Under the pieces are notes generated by a model. It saw nothing but the letters and a program-made list of their open reading frames with translations. It did no database searches and was not told the origin of the DNA. A stretch of 64,000 nucleotides of DNA. Source: a bacterium (lineage in GTDB: Bacteria; Hinthialibacterota; Hinthialibacteria; Hinthialibacterales; Hinthialibacteraceae). The translations under genes were made by a program, and so were the position numbers. Shown here in pieces: positions 9,690 through 18,759 of this stretch; the stretch's first letter is position 1; each line of letters starts with the position of its first letter. The DNA lies in contig CAXXMV010000006.1 of NCBI GenBank assembly GCA_963662285.2, positions 96,001-160,000 of the forward strand, given 5' to 3'.

Positions 9690-10322
9690 ATGAGAAAGCA
9701 AGCCTTCACTTTGATCGAATTACTAATTGTAGTCGCCATTATCGGCATCCTGGCGGCGATAGCGGTTCCCAATTTCCTCAACGCGCAGGTGCGGGCGCAG
9801 ATCGCGCGGGTGCGCAGCGACATGCGCTCCATCGCGGTAGCTTGCGACAGTTACCGGCTCGATAATAACGCATTCCCCTGGCCTATCCGCAACGGGCAGG
9901 TATGGAATACATCCAATCACATCGGCAACTGCATCGAACTAACCACTCCAGTGGCTTATCTCTCCACCGTCATGATGGAAGACCCCTTCATCCCGCAACG
10001 CTTCTGGCAGGATTTCAGCGCTAACCGCGCTCATCCCTCCTACGTCTACGTCTCTTACCGGGGCGACTGGGGAGTCAAATGGGGCGCCAGCAGCGCCGGA
10101 GTTCCGGTCGGAGACCTGCCCAACGGCTTCGGCCTCACCTCGCAAGGCCCCGACGGAACCGATTCCGGCGGCGTCCACTGGCCTCTGCAAGTCAAATACC
10201 TCAACAACATCCAGGCCGCCAATAATTCCCTATACCAACCATCCAACGGCCTGCGCAGCCTGGGAGACATAACCCGCTACGGCGGAGACGTCCCCGCCCC
10301 CGCAGTGTTAGGCGGCGGATGA
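9690..10322 (+). CDS. Type IV pilin/pseudopilin-like protein (prepilin N-terminal cleavage/methylation domain)
   Basis: MRKQA|FTLIELLIVVAIIGILAAIAVPNF class III signal. ATG 9690 is preferred over the ORF-track start at 9639. Confidence 0.93.
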   Translation: MRKQAFTLIELLIVVAIIGILAAIAVPNFLNAQVRAQIARVRSDMRSIAVACDSYRLDNNAFPWPIRNGQVWNTSNHIGNCIELTTPVAYLSTVMMEDPFIPQRFWQDFSANRAHPSYVYVSYRGDWGVKWGASSAGVPVGDLPNGFGLTSQGPDGTDSGGVHWPLQVKYLNNIQAANNSLYQPSNGLRSLGDITRYGGDVPAPAVLGGG

Positions 10323-10373
10323 TATATCATGATTAATTTTGTCTAAATCAGGATTGTATATAATCGGATATTT

Positions 10374-10709
10374 GTAGGGGCGTCCTTCATGGGCGCCAGA
10401 TCTATCCCACGTCCTAGGTATTGAATACACCAACGTGAAATCATAATCAATGGGCGCCAAGGGCAAGAGCGCAATGTGTCCAGCCCTTGATCAAGCCACT
10501 AACGATAGAGTGAAATTGTTTAACTTAATGGCTGGGTGGCAAGGGCAAGAGCGCATTGCGCTCAGCCCTTGATCAAGCCACCACTGATAGGATGAAATTC
10601 CTTAACTTAATGACATTGCCTTCATGGGCGCCCGATCTATCCAACAACCAGAGTATTGCATACACCAAAGTATAATCGTAATCGGGCAACCATAAAGGAT
10701 TGCCCCTAC
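10374..10709. repeat. Composite REP cluster: inverted GTAG-type REPs (10374-10397, 10684-10709) enclosing two CAAGGG-hairpin repeats (10452-10490, 10534-10572)
   Basis: GTAGGGGCGTCCTTCATGGGCGCC at the left and GGGCAACCATAAAGGATTGCCCCTAC at the right, with internal duplicated segments. Confidence 0.85.
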
Positions 10710-10787
10710 ATGGCTTCAATCCCACTGGGATCGATCCAGAACGAAGCCATCCAAAAGCATTGCAAATCAAGAAAGATTGTTTAACTA

Positions 10788-12251
10788 ATGACAAGCAAAA
10801 TTATTCCTAGAAGAAAACCGTTGCAGGCCAACATCGGCGTCTTCGGAGTTGGCCACGAAACCTATTGGCCTCAGTTTGATGGTTTGTTGGATGAACTGAA
10901 CAGGAAGAAAGATATTTTTATCAAAAAATTGAGCTTGTACGATGTAACCGTGACCGATTTCGGCATCACCGATAACGCCAAAAGCGCTTATGCAATGCTG
11001 CCAAAACTAAAGGCGGCGAATCTGGATTTGATATTTTGCGATATGCTGACCTACGCCACTTCGAGCACCTTTGGAATTATCATACGCGAAATGGATGTTC
11101 CCATTGTATTGGTGGCGCTCCAGCCGTTGCAGTCTTTGGATTATAAAAAAGCATCGACTTACATGCAACTGTGTAATGATGATTTATGCTCAGTTCCAGA
11201 ATTCACCGGAGTCGCCATACGTATGGGGAAAAAGGCGCCGCATTGTATTTTAGGAGTATTGGAAAATGATCCAATCGCCGATGCGGAGATCTCCGATTTT
11301 TGTCAAATCGCCAAAGTCATGCACGATCTCAAAGGCGCCCGAATCGGTATGATGGGGCATGTTCTGGAAGCAATGCTTGATATGCACTCCGATCCCGCCA
11401 TGTTCACAGCTGGTTTCGGCTGTCATATCGTTCAGACTGAGCCGCATGATGTTTACCGGCATTACAAAAATATTACTGATGCAGAAATCAAAATCGAGTC
11501 GGCCAGGATTCTGGATTTTTTCGATACTCCCGAACCAAAATCCGATCCAATCACGCGCAAATTGACTGACGAAGATTTAACAACCGCCGCCAAGGTTTCT
11601 GCTGCCCTAAAAAAGTTTATCGGGGAAAAAGAACTGGATGGTCTGGCCTATTATTATGAAGGTGAACCCGATTCAGAGTTGAGAAAAATGGTGACAAACT
11701 TCATAGTAGGCAACTCGATGTTAACCGCCGCCGGATTTCCCATGTGCGGAGAGTTAGACCTGAAGACCTGCATTGCCATGTTGATAATGGATCGCCTGGA
11801 TATCGGAGGCAGTTTCGCTGAATTCCACCCTATCGATTTCAAGGAAGGATTCGTTCTGGTGGGGCATGACGGGCCGCATCACATTAATATCGCTGAAGGC
11901 CGTCCGGTTTTAAGAAGCCTGCTTAAATATCACGGCAAACCCGGTTGTGGAGCGAGCGTCGAGTTCAAAATAAAAGAAGGTCCCATAACCATGCTGGGTA
12001 TAACCAGCACCTATGAGGGTAAATTCAAATTTGTCATTGGCGAGGGAGAATCGATGCACGGCCCAATCCCTCCAACCGGAAATACCAACACCAGAGGATA
12101 CTTCAAACCCGATATCCGCACATTCTTAAAACGCTGGGTAGCAGAGGGACCAACCCACCATTATGCACTGGGCATCGGGCGCCATGCGGATACTATTCAG
12201 AAAATTGCCGGTTTCCTGAATATCGAATCGGTTATTGTTGGAAGAGATTAG
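10788..12251 (+). CDS. L-arabinose/L-fucose isomerase family protein
   Basis: Metal-ligand motifs GELDLK, SFAEF, GHDGPHH and GPTHHYALG, in a sugar cluster. Confidence 0.85.
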   Translation: MTSKIIPRRKPLQANIGVFGVGHETYWPQFDGLLDELNRKKDIFIKKLSLYDVTVTDFGITDNAKSAYAMLPKLKAANLDLIFCDMLTYATSSTFGIIIREMDVPIVLVALQPLQSLDYKKASTYMQLCNDDLCSVPEFTGVAIRMGKKAPHCILGVLENDPIADAEISDFCQIAKVMHDLKGARIGMMGHVLEAMLDMHSDPAMFTAGFGCHIVQTEPHDVYRHYKNITDAEIKIESARILDFFDTPEPKSDPITRKLTDEDLTTAAKVSAALKKFIGEKELDGLAYYYEGEPDSELRKMVTNFIVGNSMLTAAGFPMCGELDLKTCIAMLIMDRLDIGGSFAEFHPIDFKEGFVLVGHDGPHHINIAEGRPVLRSLLKYHGKPGCGASVEFKIKEGPITMLGITSTYEGKFKFVIGEGESMHGPIPPTGNTNTRGYFKPDIRTFLKRWVAEGPTHHYALGIGRHADTIQKIAGFLNIESVIVGRD

Positions 12252-13726
12252 TGAGGCTTGATATGGGACCGGGATTGGCAATTTTTATAGTATTGGGTTA
12301 TTTTGTTTTCTTGCTGGTTATTTCATATTTCACATCCAAAGACAGTAGTTCAAGCGCATTCTTCATCGCCAACCGCAGTTCACACTGGTTTCTGGTCTCT
12401 TTCGGCATGATAGGTGCGGCGTTATCGGGCATCACATTTATTTCCGTGCCCGGCGAAGTCTCCGTCACCCAATTCGCTTATTTCCAACTTGTCATCGGAT
12501 ACGTTTTAGGAATCGCGCTGGTTGCTATTGTCTTACTTCCATTATATTACAAATTAAATCTAGTATCGATTTACACTTTTCTCGATCAACGCTTCGGCTT
12601 TTGGTCTTATAAGACCGGAGCGGTCTCTTTTTTCATTGCGCAAAGCATGACATCAGCTTTCAAACTTTACCTGATGGCCAGCGTTTTGCAAATTTCTTTT
12701 TTCAATGCATATCACATACCTTTTTACGTCACTGTTCTAATAACCATTCTTCTAATATGGTTATACACATACCGTTCGGGGATCAAGACCATTGTATATA
12801 CAGATATTCTACAAACCACTTTTCTATTGCTGTCAGTTGTCATCAGCATCTATGTGATCGGAAAAGAACTCCACTTATCGGCTGTTGGTCATGTACAGAA
12901 TTTCCTGGATTTCAGCCAATCCACCATGTTTATCTGGGATTGGAATTCAAAACAGAACTTTTTCAAATATGTATTCACCGGGGCTTTCATGACTCTGGTG
13001 ACCAACGGACTCGATCAAAGCATGATGCAGAAGCACCTTACCTGCCGTAATCTGCGCGAATCACAAAAGAATATGTTTTGGTTTGCGGTTATGTTGCTCC
13101 TGGCCAATATTATTATTTTGTACCTGGGTCTTCTTCTGGTGCAGTACGCTGATATCAAAGCCATTCCCATTCCGGGAAACAAAGACGACCTATATCCATT
13201 GTTGGCCATAAATCACATGAGCCTGGCCGCTGGAATATTCTTCCTTATCGGAATATCCGCCGCCGCCTATTCCAGTTCAGACTCGGCGCTGACAGCGCTG
13301 ACCACATCTTTCTGCATCGATTTTCTGGGTTTCTCCAAAAAGGATGACAATAACATAACAAAGCGCTGCATGATTCATTTAGGCATCGCTCTTTATTTGT
13401 ATGTGCTGGTCATAAGTTTTCATCAGATAAAAAGCGCCAGCATCATCAGCGCCTTTATTACAGCTTCGGGCTATACCTACGGACCATTGTTGGGATTATA
13501 TGTACTTGGCATTTTCACCCGAATACGGGTGAGAGATGCATTCGTACCATTCATCGCATTATTATCTCCTGCCATTTCGTACCTTTTTTACCTGAAATCA
13601 GAAGAATGGTTCGGGGGATATAAGTTTGGCTACGAAATTTTAATCCTCAACGCCGCTTTAACAGTTTTGGGATTGATAATTTTCAAACAGAAAAGAAACA
13701 GTAATCCGACTACCCAGGATGCATGA
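12251..13726 (+). CDS. Sodium:solute symporter (SSS) family transporter
   Basis: About 13 TM segments; FFIANRSS, SGITFISVPG, GLDQSMMQK and AAAYSSSDS motifs. Alternative ATG at 12263. Confidence 0.93.
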   Translation: MRLDMGPGLAIFIVLGYFVFLLVISYFTSKDSSSSAFFIANRSSHWFLVSFGMIGAALSGITFISVPGEVSVTQFAYFQLVIGYVLGIALVAIVLLPLYYKLNLVSIYTFLDQRFGFWSYKTGAVSFFIAQSMTSAFKLYLMASVLQISFFNAYHIPFYVTVLITILLIWLYTYRSGIKTIVYTDILQTTFLLLSVVISIYVIGKELHLSAVGHVQNFLDFSQSTMFIWDWNSKQNFFKYVFTGAFMTLVTNGLDQSMMQKHLTCRNLRESQKNMFWFAVMLLLANIIILYLGLLLVQYADIKAIPIPGNKDDLYPLLAINHMSLAAGIFFLIGISAAAYSSSDSALTALTTSFCIDFLGFSKKDDNNITKRCMIHLGIALYLYVLVISFHQIKSASIISAFITASGYTYGPLLGLYVLGIFTRIRVRDAFVPFIALLSPAISYLFYLKSEEWFGGYKFGYEILILNAALTVLGLIIFKQKRNSNPTTQDA

Positions 13727-13728
13727 AT

Positions 13729-13927
13729 CCCCTCTCCCACCGGGAGAGTATGGGTGCCAAGGGCAAGAGCGCATTGCGCTCAGCCCTTGATCAAGCCACC
13801 ACTGATAGGATGAAATTCCTTAAGTTAATGACATTACCTTTTATGGGCGCCCGATTAGCCCGTAGGCTCGATAATTGCAAAAACCAAATAGGATTCATAA
13901 TCGGGTAACCACAAGGGTTACCCCTAC
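13729..13927. repeat. Composite REP cluster (CCCTCTCCC hairpin, CAAGGG-hairpin element 13752-13855, reverse GTAG REP 13903-13927)
   Basis: 13752-13855 is nearly identical to 10534-10636. The cluster ends in GGGTAACCACAAGGGTTACCCCTAC. Confidence 0.85.
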
Positions 13928-14051
13928 AGTTATTGGATAATCGTTACCAATAAATATTATTAAGGAATATTATTTATATGACGTTTCCTTTGGCGATCTT
14001 ATTGAAGTAAAAGATGTAGATAAAAATCAGCACGCCGGGATACGACCAGGT

Positions 14052-14090
14052 GGGCGGCAAGGGCAAGAGCGCATTGCGCTCAGCCCTTGA
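14052..14090 (+). repeat. CAAGGG-hairpin-CCCTTGA repeat
   Basis: GGGCGGCAAGGGCAAGAGCGCATTGCGCTCAGCCCTTGA. Confidence 0.9.
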
Positions 14091-14131
14091 TTAAACCGCC
14101 TATTATAAGGTAAGGTCGATACTAAAAAATA

Positions 14132-15478
14132 ATGACTAAAAACACAAAACCCATCTTCATGGAAACAGAACGCTCTTTCCAGGAATCCTTCCAAAAAACG
14201 CCAACTTTCATCATCCGCGCTCCCGGACGCGTAAACCTGTTGGGCGAGCATACCGACTACAATGGACTGCCAGTGCTGCCTATGGCCATTGACCGTTGCA
14301 TCGTTATCGCGGGATGCGCCAGAGATGATCAAACAATTCAAGCCATATCTTCTCATCACCAGAATGAGTCAATCACTTTTGATCTTCGCCACTCTATCCC
14401 CAAACATACCCAGGGACACTGGGTCAACTACGTCAAAGCAGGCATCCAGGGCGTCATTTCAAATATTTGCAAAGATGATCAAATCAATGACCTCAGTGGT
14501 TGTGATATTTTCCTATCAGGGGATATCCCGCCCGCATCAGGGCTATCCTCATCATCCGCATTGGTAGTGGCCTCAGCCCTGGCTTTGCTGCATGCCAATC
14601 AAATCACCTACGATCCCCACGTGCTGGCTGAGTGGATGGCGGAGGCGGAATGGTTTGTAGGAACCCGTGGTGGAGGCATGGATCAGGCCGCCTGCCTCTT
14701 GGGTCGCGCCGATCATTTACTCAAAATCGATTTCTTCCCTCTTAAAGCCAATCCGGTTCCCTGGCATCCCGATTATTCAGTGGTGATATGCGACAGTGGA
14801 GTCCAGGCCAAAAAAACCGAAGGAGCGCTGCAAGCCTACAACCTCCGGTCAGCCGAATGCCAACTGGCCAAACTGCTATTAAATAATTATCTCGACAAAT
14901 CAGGAAAACCCATTTCAATCAACCGCCTGGGCGACTTATTGCACCCCCCTCATTCCTATACTTACGACGACCTCAATCAGTTAATCCAACATGCCCTGCA
15001 AGATTCTTATGATTTAGAAGAGATTATTTCAATATTAGCTAACGAGAAGGCAGCGCTTGATATTCTCAACGATTGCTCCATTCCAGCAGACGCCAATCAA
15101 CAATTTCACTGCGGCAAACGATACCGGCACATTGTTACCGACGGGCAGCGCGTTGAACAAAGTCAGGATTTGTTGCTCAATCAGGATATGCATAGTTTTG
15201 CAAAATGCATGCGCCTTGGACACCAAAGCGCACGGGATGATTTCGAAATCTCATGTCCAGAATTAGACCAACTAGTAGAACTGGCATTACAAAACGGCGC
15301 CATAGGCGCCCGCTTAACCGGCGCCGGATTCGGGGGATCAACCGTAAATATAGTTCATAAAAAACAAATCGAAAGTTTCACAGAAAAAATGCAATCAACC
15401 TACTATCAGGATCAATCCAAACCAACCAAAAATTCCATCCTCATAACCAAGCCATCCAATGGAGCTGAATCAGTTTAA
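14132..15478 (+). CDS. galK: Galactokinase-like GHMP sugar kinase
   Basis: APGRVNLLGEHTDYNG, PPASGLSSSSA, GGMDQ and GARLTGAGFGG motifs. The exact sugar specificity is unproven. Confidence 0.88.
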   Translation: MTKNTKPIFMETERSFQESFQKTPTFIIRAPGRVNLLGEHTDYNGLPVLPMAIDRCIVIAGCARDDQTIQAISSHHQNESITFDLRHSIPKHTQGHWVNYVKAGIQGVISNICKDDQINDLSGCDIFLSGDIPPASGLSSSSALVVASALALLHANQITYDPHVLAEWMAEAEWFVGTRGGGMDQAACLLGRADHLLKIDFFPLKANPVPWHPDYSVVICDSGVQAKKTEGALQAYNLRSAECQLAKLLLNNYLDKSGKPISINRLGDLLHPPHSYTYDDLNQLIQHALQDSYDLEEIISILANEKAALDILNDCSIPADANQQFHCGKRYRHIVTDGQRVEQSQDLLLNQDMHSFAKCMRLGHQSARDDFEISCPELDQLVELALQNGAIGARLTGAGFGGSTVNIVHKKQIESFTEKMQSTYYQDQSKPTKNSILITKPSNGAESV

Positions 15479-15500
15479 TAAAGGCGCTTCATTTGTCATA

Positions 15501-16916
15501 TCAATTGATAAATGTTTTTTTGGTTTCTTCTATCCTGGCTTTAAAATCTATACAGGTGTCATAAAGATTTTCCTGAATACCTTTCTTGTAAGGATTGACA
15601 TATCCTAATGCTTCCTCGATATGTTCAAGAGCCGTATCGATATCTCCGTTTTTTCTGGAAATTTTAGATAAATAATAATAGACAATTGCTTTCAAAGTGT
15701 CATCATCGGTTTGATCCAGAATTTGCTGATAGAATTCAACTAGTTTATCTTGAGGCATTGTCGAAGATATTGAATGGAAATATATTTGCGAACAGTTTGC
15801 GGCTGCCAGAGTGCCTGGGAAATTATCCATAACAAACCTGCATATCTCCAATCCTTTTTTTCCTTTACCGCTATTCACCAATCCTATTTGCTGCATATCA
15901 TACAAACTGGCAACGCTTTCAACCGGTAAATCCTGCTTCATCGAATCATCTTTGAACCAGTCGCTTTCAATCAAAAATGAAGCGAATTCATCCATATTCT
16001 CCATCTTTCTTCGCTGAATCAAGAGATCCCGCGCCAGCCTCAGCGCCGAAGCGATGATCTTTTCATCCTTGCCTTCATTGCGTTTCATGAATTTGGTGAA
16101 AGCGGCTTCAGCGGCGGGGAAATTCACGCCTTGCTTGTATAGGATGGAGGCTTTGTAGAGGGGAATGTGCTTGTACTCGCGGTGTTCTTTCTTTTTCGAA
16201 AGCAGAACATCGATTTCATCCAATATGCTAACCGCTTCATCGGGGTATCCATCTTCTGCCATACACAGTGCTTTGGCGATTCGGGTGAATATCGGCTTAT
16301 CAGTGATATCATCCAGGCGTTGGGACACATCATCCACCACTGATATCGAAGGATCATGGTTCTTGGCCATGCGCAGAAGGGTCAGGAATATCTCCAGAGA
16401 TTCCTCTGCGCCCAGGTAGTTCTTGTATTTATCCAGACCGGCGATGCGGTTGAATTCCAGGATGCATGATTCAGCCATGCGGCCGCTTTCGATTAAACTT
16501 TCACTATAACGCAGCATGGCGTTATGCCAGTTATTGCTGATAGCGTCCTGGAAAAAAGGTTTCGCCAGGTCCCATCGATGCAGACGGGTCAACATTTTGC
16601 CCCATGCCAACATGGCTTCCCGGTGCGCCTCACCGTCAACCGGTAAACGTTTCATGGCCGATTCAATGGCGTTCAATGTCTGTTGGTTCTCGTCCTTATT
16701 GGTGGCGTATCGAATTGCATCCTGCACGGCTTCTTTGATTACCTCGATATCACCAGCTTTCAGCAACATCTCATTGGCATACAGAAAGCGCTCGTATGAC
16801 CGTTTTACCAGGCGATGCTGCTGGTATTGCTCAATCCCAATCACATCATCATCTGCCAGGGCAATACAAGAAGAACAAATAAATAACAATACCAATGAGT
16901 AATACATAAAACGCAT
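15501..16916 (-). CDS. Secreted TPR-like helical repeat protein
   Basis: Sec signal peptide (...CIALA|DD) and TPR-like helices such as AIVYYYLSKISRKNGDIDTALEHIEEAL. Confidence 0.75.
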   Translation of the reverse strand: MRFMYYSLVLLFICSSCIALADDDVIGIEQYQQHRLVKRSYERFLYANEMLLKAGDIEVIKEAVQDAIRYATNKDENQQTLNAIESAMKRLPVDGEAHREAMLAWGKMLTRLHRWDLAKPFFQDAISNNWHNAMLRYSESLIESGRMAESCILEFNRIAGLDKYKNYLGAEESLEIFLTLLRMAKNHDPSISVVDDVSQRLDDITDKPIFTRIAKALCMAEDGYPDEAVSILDEIDVLLSKKKEHREYKHIPLYKASILYKQGVNFPAAEAAFTKFMKRNEGKDEKIIASALRLARDLLIQRRKMENMDEFASFLIESDWFKDDSMKQDLPVESVASLYDMQQIGLVNSGKGKKGLEICRFVMDNFPGTLAAANCSQIYFHSISSTMPQDKLVEFYQQILDQTDDDTLKAIVYYYLSKISRKNGDIDTALEHIEEALGYVNPYKKGIQENLYDTCIDFKARIEETKKTFIN

Positions 16917-16983
16917 GATAATACACCTCGTATAAAATATTAATACAAATAATTTTTCAGGTCACAGAACAACGCGCCGTTTA

Positions 16984-17012
16984 AACATATAAAGAAAGAT
17001 TATCGGCGTCAA
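16984..17012 (-). promoter_or_regulatory. Putative sigma70 promoter for the TPR gene
   Basis: Minus strand TTGACG-N17-TATGTT, about 70 nt upstream of ATG 16916. Confidence 0.5.
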
Positions 17013-17165
17013 GCATAACATTATAAACAATAATGCAATAATAATTTATAATATGCATTATAAGCAACTGTATTGATGAAATAAGATGCGCATTACCTAT
17101 TGATTGAAGATAAGGTAAATATGAGTTTTTTGATTATCAACCTTAATAATCAAACTTGAAAAAAC

Positions 17166-17191
17166 AAAAAGCCCATGAAAATGGGCTTTTT
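17166..17191. terminator. Bidirectional terminator (ends the 17918-17238 gene)
   Basis: AAAAA-GCCCAT-GAAA-ATGGGC-TTTTT. Confidence 0.85.
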
Positions 17192-17237
17192 GGAGGGGAT
17201 ATTTGATGATAAATAAAAAATAATTTTGCGAATCGCT

Positions 17238-17918
17238 CTAATTAACTGAAATATAATCGGGCGTTATAAAGAGTTCTCCTTCGATGAATCCAAGGGCTTC
17301 GTAGGCGCCTCTGAGCGTCTCCAGAGCATCTTCCACCACTCTTCGGTGTGGAAAGAGCAAGGAATCACTTGTGCAAGCCTGGATCACCTTCTGCTTGGCT
17401 ATACGCATGCCTTTTTTTACAAATAGGGTATAGATGAACATAAGGCGTTTTTTCATGGCTTCGTCATCTTCATAGACCAAAGCCTGTTTTAAGGGGAAGA
17501 GAACTTTTTCTCTTTCCTGAGGAGAACCCGGATCATACCAGGAGGTTACCTTACTGGCCACTTCATCTCGAGCCAATTGAAGAAAATAACCTAGTTGTTT
17601 ATCCGATAGAGGACTTTGGCTGCGGGCGAATCTACGCAGAGTATGATTCAAGGCTCTTCGAAGAACTCGCGGTTCTATATCATACCCGTAATGGCCTAAA
17701 TGCAGTTTTTTGAAGTAGCGGGTTAAGTTTTTTAAAGATAATAATATTTCATCCACCAACAGAAAAGCATGTTTTTTGGCAAAAGATTTTGCTACAGGCT
17801 CATCAATCTTCCATTCACGGGTCAGATATACTTTTAATCTTTCCCGGCGTTGCAGTTCATCAGCTGAAGGTCGTCGTCGCTTTTTCGGTTTAATTGAAGA
17901 AAGAACAGTTTCCTGCAT
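17238..17918 (-). CDS. Hypothetical basic protein adjacent to the origin gap
   Basis: 226 aa ORF with a GAGGAG RBS upstream and a terminator downstream. No family recognised. Confidence 0.8.
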   Translation of the reverse strand: MQETVLSSIKPKKRRRPSADELQRRERLKVYLTREWKIDEPVAKSFAKKHAFLLVDEILLSLKNLTRYFKKLHLGHYGYDIEPRVLRRALNHTLRRFARSQSPLSDKQLGYFLQLARDEVASKVTSWYDPGSPQEREKVLFPLKQALVYEDDEAMKKRLMFIYTLFVKKGMRIAKQKVIQACTSDSLLFPHRRVVEDALETLRGAYEALGFIEGELFITPDYISVN

Positions 17919-18379
17919 GAATATTACTCCTCATAATATGCGCAAGCAATTCAGTGCTTCCATTAGAAAGTCTGCATAAAAACGCTCTTGTTCGCGTGAT
18001 TATCAACGAAAAATTTGTTAGAGCGATTGTCAAAATATGTTCGTTCCTTATCATGTTTGCTCTTCATAGAAGCAACTATTTTCTGGTTTCTACGAATCGC
18101 CAATCAGAACATTATTATGACAACTACTCAAGAGCCGCTCAAAAACGGATAGACTCCCGTTTTTCGCAATAACCGCTAATAGTTATGCTATTTTATTCTA
18201 AACCTCCTTTAAAAGCATGATAAATAATAACTTATACAACAAGCCTCTTCAATATATAAGTAATTGCATATCATGAATTTATACATTGATCACAATCAAG
18301 ACCGATTTTGTTGTGGATTAAAGGAAAGAAGCCAGAGAAAATGTAATAACTTCCAATAGCAATTAATAAATACACAACC

Positions 18380-18540
18380 AAAAAGGGTCTTCCTCATTTA
18401 TGAGACCCCTCAACTCAGAAAAAAAACATAGGAAGGAAAATTCACGCCAGCCGGAAAAGATATTTTATCCCGTATTCACTTTAGTTAAGCAAGTTAGCGC
18501 CGTGATAAAAGACCAATAATTACCAGTATGGCGTCTCGAC
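18380..18540 (-). ncRNA. Candidate small RNA (about 160 nt)
   Basis: Bounded by a minus-strand TTGACA-N18-TATTAT promoter (18547-18576) and a GGGTCT...AGACCC hairpin plus T5 (18380-18408). No convincing ORF inside. Confidence 0.5.
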
Positions 18541-18546
18541 GAGGCT

Positions 18547-18576
18547 ATAATATCAAATATTATAATACGTTGTCAA
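18547..18576 (-). promoter_or_regulatory. sigma70-type promoter with extended -10, overlapped by an 8-3-8 palindrome
   Basis: TTGACA (18571-18576), TG-A-TATTAT (-10 at 18547-18552), and TATAATAT-caa-ATATTATA at 18546-18564. Confidence 0.55.
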
Positions 18577-18759
18577 TCATTATTTTTACATATATAAAAA
18601 AAATCGCTTAACCTGAATAAATTAATTGCTGATAAATCAAGATTTGTATTAAATAAGTTATTCTTCTGGCCTTAAAAAGCCCATTAAAACAAGCTCTTTT
18701 CAAATAAAAATGCTCATGTTTGAACATATTTTCGAGAGACTTTCTATTAAGCCCATCCC

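Noticed and set aside
10452-10615. Two 39 bp direct repeats 82 bp apart, resembling a mini CRISPR array
   Set aside because: The 'spacers' are homologous to each other, copies are dispersed across the window, and there are no cas genes. They are REP-like repeats.
13723-13908. 61 aa ORF (and the 73 aa ORF at 10573-10794)
   Set aside because: These are translations of the repeat elements, with no protein features.
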